Source: Candidatus Hecatella orcuttiae (GTDB lineage Archaea > Thermoproteota > Bathyarchaeia > Hecatellales > Hecatellaceae). Taken from it: a stretch of 64,000 nucleotides of DNA. Location of the stretch: NCBI GenBank assembly GCA_002011035.2, contig MTLY02000002.1, positions 417,130 to 481,129 on the forward strand, given 5' to 3'. Shown piece after piece: positions 60,508 to 64,000 of the stretch (position 1 is the stretch's first letter; every line of letters starts with the position of its first letter). The notes below the pieces were generated by a model. That model was given only the letters and a program-made list of their open reading frames with translations. It had not been told where the DNA came from and ran no database searches. A program made the translations under genes and the position numbers.

Positions 60508-61692
60508 ATGAATACTAAGTTGACTAAGTTGGTAGGTGCGGCAATTATTGTGGTGCTACTTTCATTAACGGTCTATGGATGTTACGAATTATTGCTCAAC
60601 GAGTCGGAGAAACCGTGCACAGCAAAGGTGAAAATGCATATAATCCCGGTGGATGAGAAAGGAAAAGAGGTCCGGTGGAACTTCTGCACAGCAATACATA
60701 ATTTTACCGAGTACTGGGCTAAGCCGCATAGCGAAGTAGTATATCTAGGAACCAAAAGAACGGTGACATTGAATGTGCATAGAGAACTACTTATTGGAGG
60801 AAGATTGCTTATCCATGAATATGCCATCTTCCTGTATAATGGTACGCACTCGGGTGGAAAGCTGGTTCGTATAGAGCCTAGGGAGTACCGTATTGAACTT
60901 TCCATCAGAATACGTGTATATAGGGTATCTGAAAACTCACATTCACCTCTAAGAAAAGTCGTACCACCCCTACTTAACTCGTCGTCAGAACCAGTAAAAG
61001 GTTATTGCTATGAGGAACTCGAAGAAGTTGTATATACGTCAGAATTGATGCCTGCTTTACAACTTCATTCAATAGGAGGAATTTCCGTTAGCGTCCACTT
61101 TGAAATAGGCAACTACTTATTCTATTCTCAAAAGTATAGAGAAGCAGATCTACCGGGTGAGTGGGGTCCTTGGCAGACATCTGGCGATAAGGCCACAAAA
61201 TCTAACAATAAACTCACAACGGGATCAATTTCGGGTGGCAGTAAAAAGTGGATCTACGTAAACGTAGATTATAGATATGAGCGATGGTTTTACGGGGTGG
61301 ATTGGGTCCAATGGTGGAGGGAAATAGTGACGCCAGTGAGTTTTGGAGGATATGACTGGGGTGAGTCTATATCATGCACTTACTGTGAAGGAACTCCTAC
61401 AGGCTTTGTACAGAGCTATCCTAGGGGCACTGGAATGCCTATCGAAATGAGCCTAGGTCCAGGCATCAGCGAGATTGAGAGATCAGGTATAAGCGTATCC
61501 TTCGAGGTGTCTTATGGTGTGGTCTCCCTGACTGTAGAGTTATGGTATGAAATAGAGAGAGGTGAAGCTCTCTATCCTCCATCAATACTGGTTAATGTAG
61601 ATACATGGTACGCTGACACTTTATATGTCTTCGATGCCAGCACCGAGTGGAAGGTAGTGCATTTCACGTGGAGTGGCGGAGGTAGTGGTGGT
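60508..61692 (+). CDS. Secreted or membrane-anchored hypothetical protein (reads through into the next gene with no stop)
   Basis: N-terminal hydrophobic helix; beta-rich, Trp/Tyr-rich body; frame continues to 61983. Confidence 0.6.
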
Positions 61693-62494
61693 ATGGTTTT
61701 TAGGCGTGGTGTTTTTAGGGTTTCTGATTATTGGGTTAGGGAATGTATTTCTTGGTTTGTTAGGGATCTTGATCTTAATAGATTGGGTGATTTCTTTATT
61801 GTTGGTCTGGGTTGTGGTTATAGTCCTTTCCATAAGTATCTTGAAGATGTAGTTAGGGTTGAAGGTAAGGCTCGTGATATTGAGGTGTATACGGGTTACT
61901 ATGAAGGGGTTAAGGTATCTGCTATTGCGACTCCTGGTGGTATGGTTCATACGGAGCCTGTGGTGATTTTGGGAGGTTGCTAGAAATGTTAAAGCTATTG
62001 TGGGTGTTGGTTTTTGTGGGGTTTTGAGGGAAGATATTGGTATTGGTGATGTGGTGATACCTGTTGCGGCTGCAAGGGATGAAGATACAACTGATCATTA
62101 TGTGGATAAGAAGGTGCCTGCTGTAGCAGATTTTGAATTAATTTCGAAGTTAATTGAGGTGGCTAGAAGGTATAAATTGAAAGTTCATGTTGGATCTATA
62201 GTTACGACGTCATCACCGTTTAGTGAGGATGTAGAATGGGTTAGGAAATGGAGTAGTTATGGTGTATTGGCGGTTAAGTGTGAAACGTCGGTCCTATATC
62301 TTCTATCATACTTGAATAATATACCAGTGGCAGCAATACTTACTGTAAGTGATAATGTTGTGAAGAAAGAAATGTACTGGATGAAACCTGAAGTAGAGAA
62401 AGCAATGGTGGAAACTTATGATAAGGTAATTAAGGTAGCCTTAGATATTTTAACTGAAATAGTTTATAGCGAAAAACATGGTTTATACCGCTAA
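61693..62494 (+). pseudogene. Nucleoside phosphorylase (PNP/UDP family), frameshifted at about 61967-61983
   Basis: N-half VYTGYYEGVKVSAI..PGG in one frame; C-half AIVGVGFCG...IGDVVIP..A.RDE...VHVGSIVTT...LAVKCETS in the +1 frame. Confidence 0.7.
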
Positions 62495-62601
62495 TATCTT
62501 TAAAATACACAATTTAGTTTCAAATTTCCCTAATATGGTTCAAAACACCATAAAAATCTTAAAAATAAATTTGATTAGAAGAAGGATTGGAGAGGAAAAT
62601 G

Positions 62602-64000
62602 CTAGTTTTGTTCTTCGGTGGGGTGTATGATTTTTTGGTTGATGAGGATTTTTAGGGTTTTTAGGGTTTTTAGTGGGTTTATTTTTTCTTTTTTGGTTAC
62701 TTCTGTTAGTAGTTTTGCTATGGTGAATGATCCTTCTATTTCTGTGATTTCTTTCGCTACTTTTAATATTTTTCTTTTGATTCCTCTAATTCTTGGAGGG
62801 ATTTCTGTGACTTCGTATTTTGTGAAGATGTGTTTTGGGAAGCTTTCTTTTACTATGTTTTTGGCTTTGTCAAAAATTGATATTTCGAAGGTGTTGGTTT
62901 TAAGGTTTTTTTCGAATTTGTCTTCAAATTTGTCTAGGAAGTTTCTTAGGGATTCTTTTATTTCTGGGAGTAGTTTTCCGGGTGCTATGAGTATTGAGTA
63001 GGCGTATTTTCCTGAGTGGAATGTTAGTACTTTGGGTTCTGGGGTTTCGTAGTATATTTCTCCAATTTCTCCTTCTCCTGTGCCTCCGATTTCGGAGTAG
63101 AATCCTCTTACTGCTTGGACAAATCCTGCTACGATGTTTGGGTCTGTAGGTGTCTTTTTGAAGGAGTATTCGAATATGCAGCGTCCGCTTTCTTTGTCGA
63201 CGACTAGGAGAGATTCTAGGCTGTTGAGTTCTAATATGAGTTCGTATTCTCGTAGAAGTTTTTTGTTTTCTGTTTTTATTTTGTGTTTTCTTTTTGATAT
63301 GTATCCGAAGGTTCCTATAAAGATGATAGATGTGATTAATATTATTGTGGTAAGCCAGCGTGGAAGTAGGGATTTCGAAGTTGAAATAGAGGGTTTGATT
63401 GTGATGTTGTAGGTGGTGTGTGCGGAGGTTTTATCGGTCATTCCTTCGTAAACTACTGTTATTTGTATTTTGGACATTTCGTTATTTGTTGGTATGGTGT
63501 ATGAGAATTCTCCTTTCGTGTTTGTTACGGTTTCGTATTCAAATTGTTTCTTTGTTCCATTTTTGTAAGTCACTAAGACTATTATTTTGATGGTTGCCAT
63601 GCCTATTGGATCTTTGTTTTCTGTGGTTAGAGTTCCTGATATTAATATGGTGTTGCCAGCAGTTACTTCTTGTGGGACATTAACTGTAAGTATTGTGCGT
63701 GTTTTTGGTAGAATGTAAAGTGGAATTTCAAGTGTTTGTGGAAGATAGTATGGTGCCTCTATTACTACGTTTATTGAATAGTTGCCGGGTTGGAGTCCTG
63801 TTAGGTTTAAAGTGCAGCTATAGTTTTGATAGTTAAATGTTGCAAGCCATTTATGGTTGTTTACGGTTAATGTGATGCTGCAGTTTTCTAATGGAGTGTT
63901 TCGGAAAGAATCTATGATGTTAAAGTGTATTGTTATTGTTTCGTTTTCATATTGTTTAAGGACTTGGGGTTGATATGTTATTTTCATTTTTCCATAAATT
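62602..64000 (-). CDS. Large surface protein: Ig-like repeats, TM helix and cytoplasmic longin-like domain (5' end outside the window)
   Basis: Thr/Asn-rich beta repeats; TM WLTTIILITSIIFIGTFGYI; then LLVVDKESGRCIFEYSF...PNIVAGFVQAV..F..EI...SILIA...LRNFLDKFEDKF; frame open to the window edge. Confidence 0.8.
   Translation of the reverse strand, partial: IYGKMKITYQPQVLKQYENETITIHFNIIDSFRNTPLENCSITLTVNNHKWLATFNYQNYSCTLNLTGLQPGNYSINVVIEAPYYLPQTLEIPLYILPKTRTILTVNVPQEVTAGNTILISGTLTTENKDPIGMATIKIIVLVTYKNGTKKQFEYETVTNTKGEFSYTIPTNNEMSKIQITVVYEGMTDKTSAHTTYNITIKPSISTSKSLLPRWLTTIILITSIIFIGTFGYISKRKHKIKTENKKLLREYELILELNSLESLLVVDKESGRCIFEYSFKKTPTDPNIVAGFVQAVRGFYSEIGGTGEGEIGEIYYETPEPKVLTFHSGKYAYSILIAPGKLLPEIKESLRNFLDKFEDKFEKNLKTNTFEISIFDKAKNIVKESFPKHIFTKYEVTEIPPRIRGIKRKILKVAKEITEIEGSFTIAKLLTEVTKKEKINPLKTLKTLKILINQKIIHPTEEQN

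Overview
Archaeal DNA in two compositionally distinct halves. Left (1 to about 49.4 kb) is GC-rich and looks TACK/Bathyarchaeia-like (PolD large subunit, Elf1, Hef). It opens with a compact, co-oriented ~15.7 kb siphovirus-type head-tail cluster (terminase, portal, protease, decoration protein, HK97-type capsid, connectors, tail tube, chaperone, tape measure, tail-tip proteins). No integrase, replication gene or att duplication is visible, so it is either a gene-transfer-agent-like element or a truncated provirus. The cluster hides CTG-start ORFs, a canonical K-turn before the capsid genes, a Lys-rich micropeptide and a candidate +1 frameshift. It is followed by an intron-containing tRNA-Ala, an AT-rich ATPase islet with a perfect 38-bp palindrome, housekeeping genes, SRP RNA and a 16S rRNA gene with a BHB intron encoding a catalytically degenerate LAGLIDADG protein. 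Right (about 49.4 to 64 kb) is AT-rich and looks Asgard-like: 23S rRNA with enlarged branched ES9/ES39-position segments, RNase P RNA, LipS1/LipS2, Tsr3, a carbamoyltransferase, TiaS, an initiator tRNA with two introns (one at position 7/8), and a membrane-anchored longin-like protein. The abrupt switch at the rRNA locus suggests a chimeric contig. All calls come from reading motifs by eye; no searches were run.
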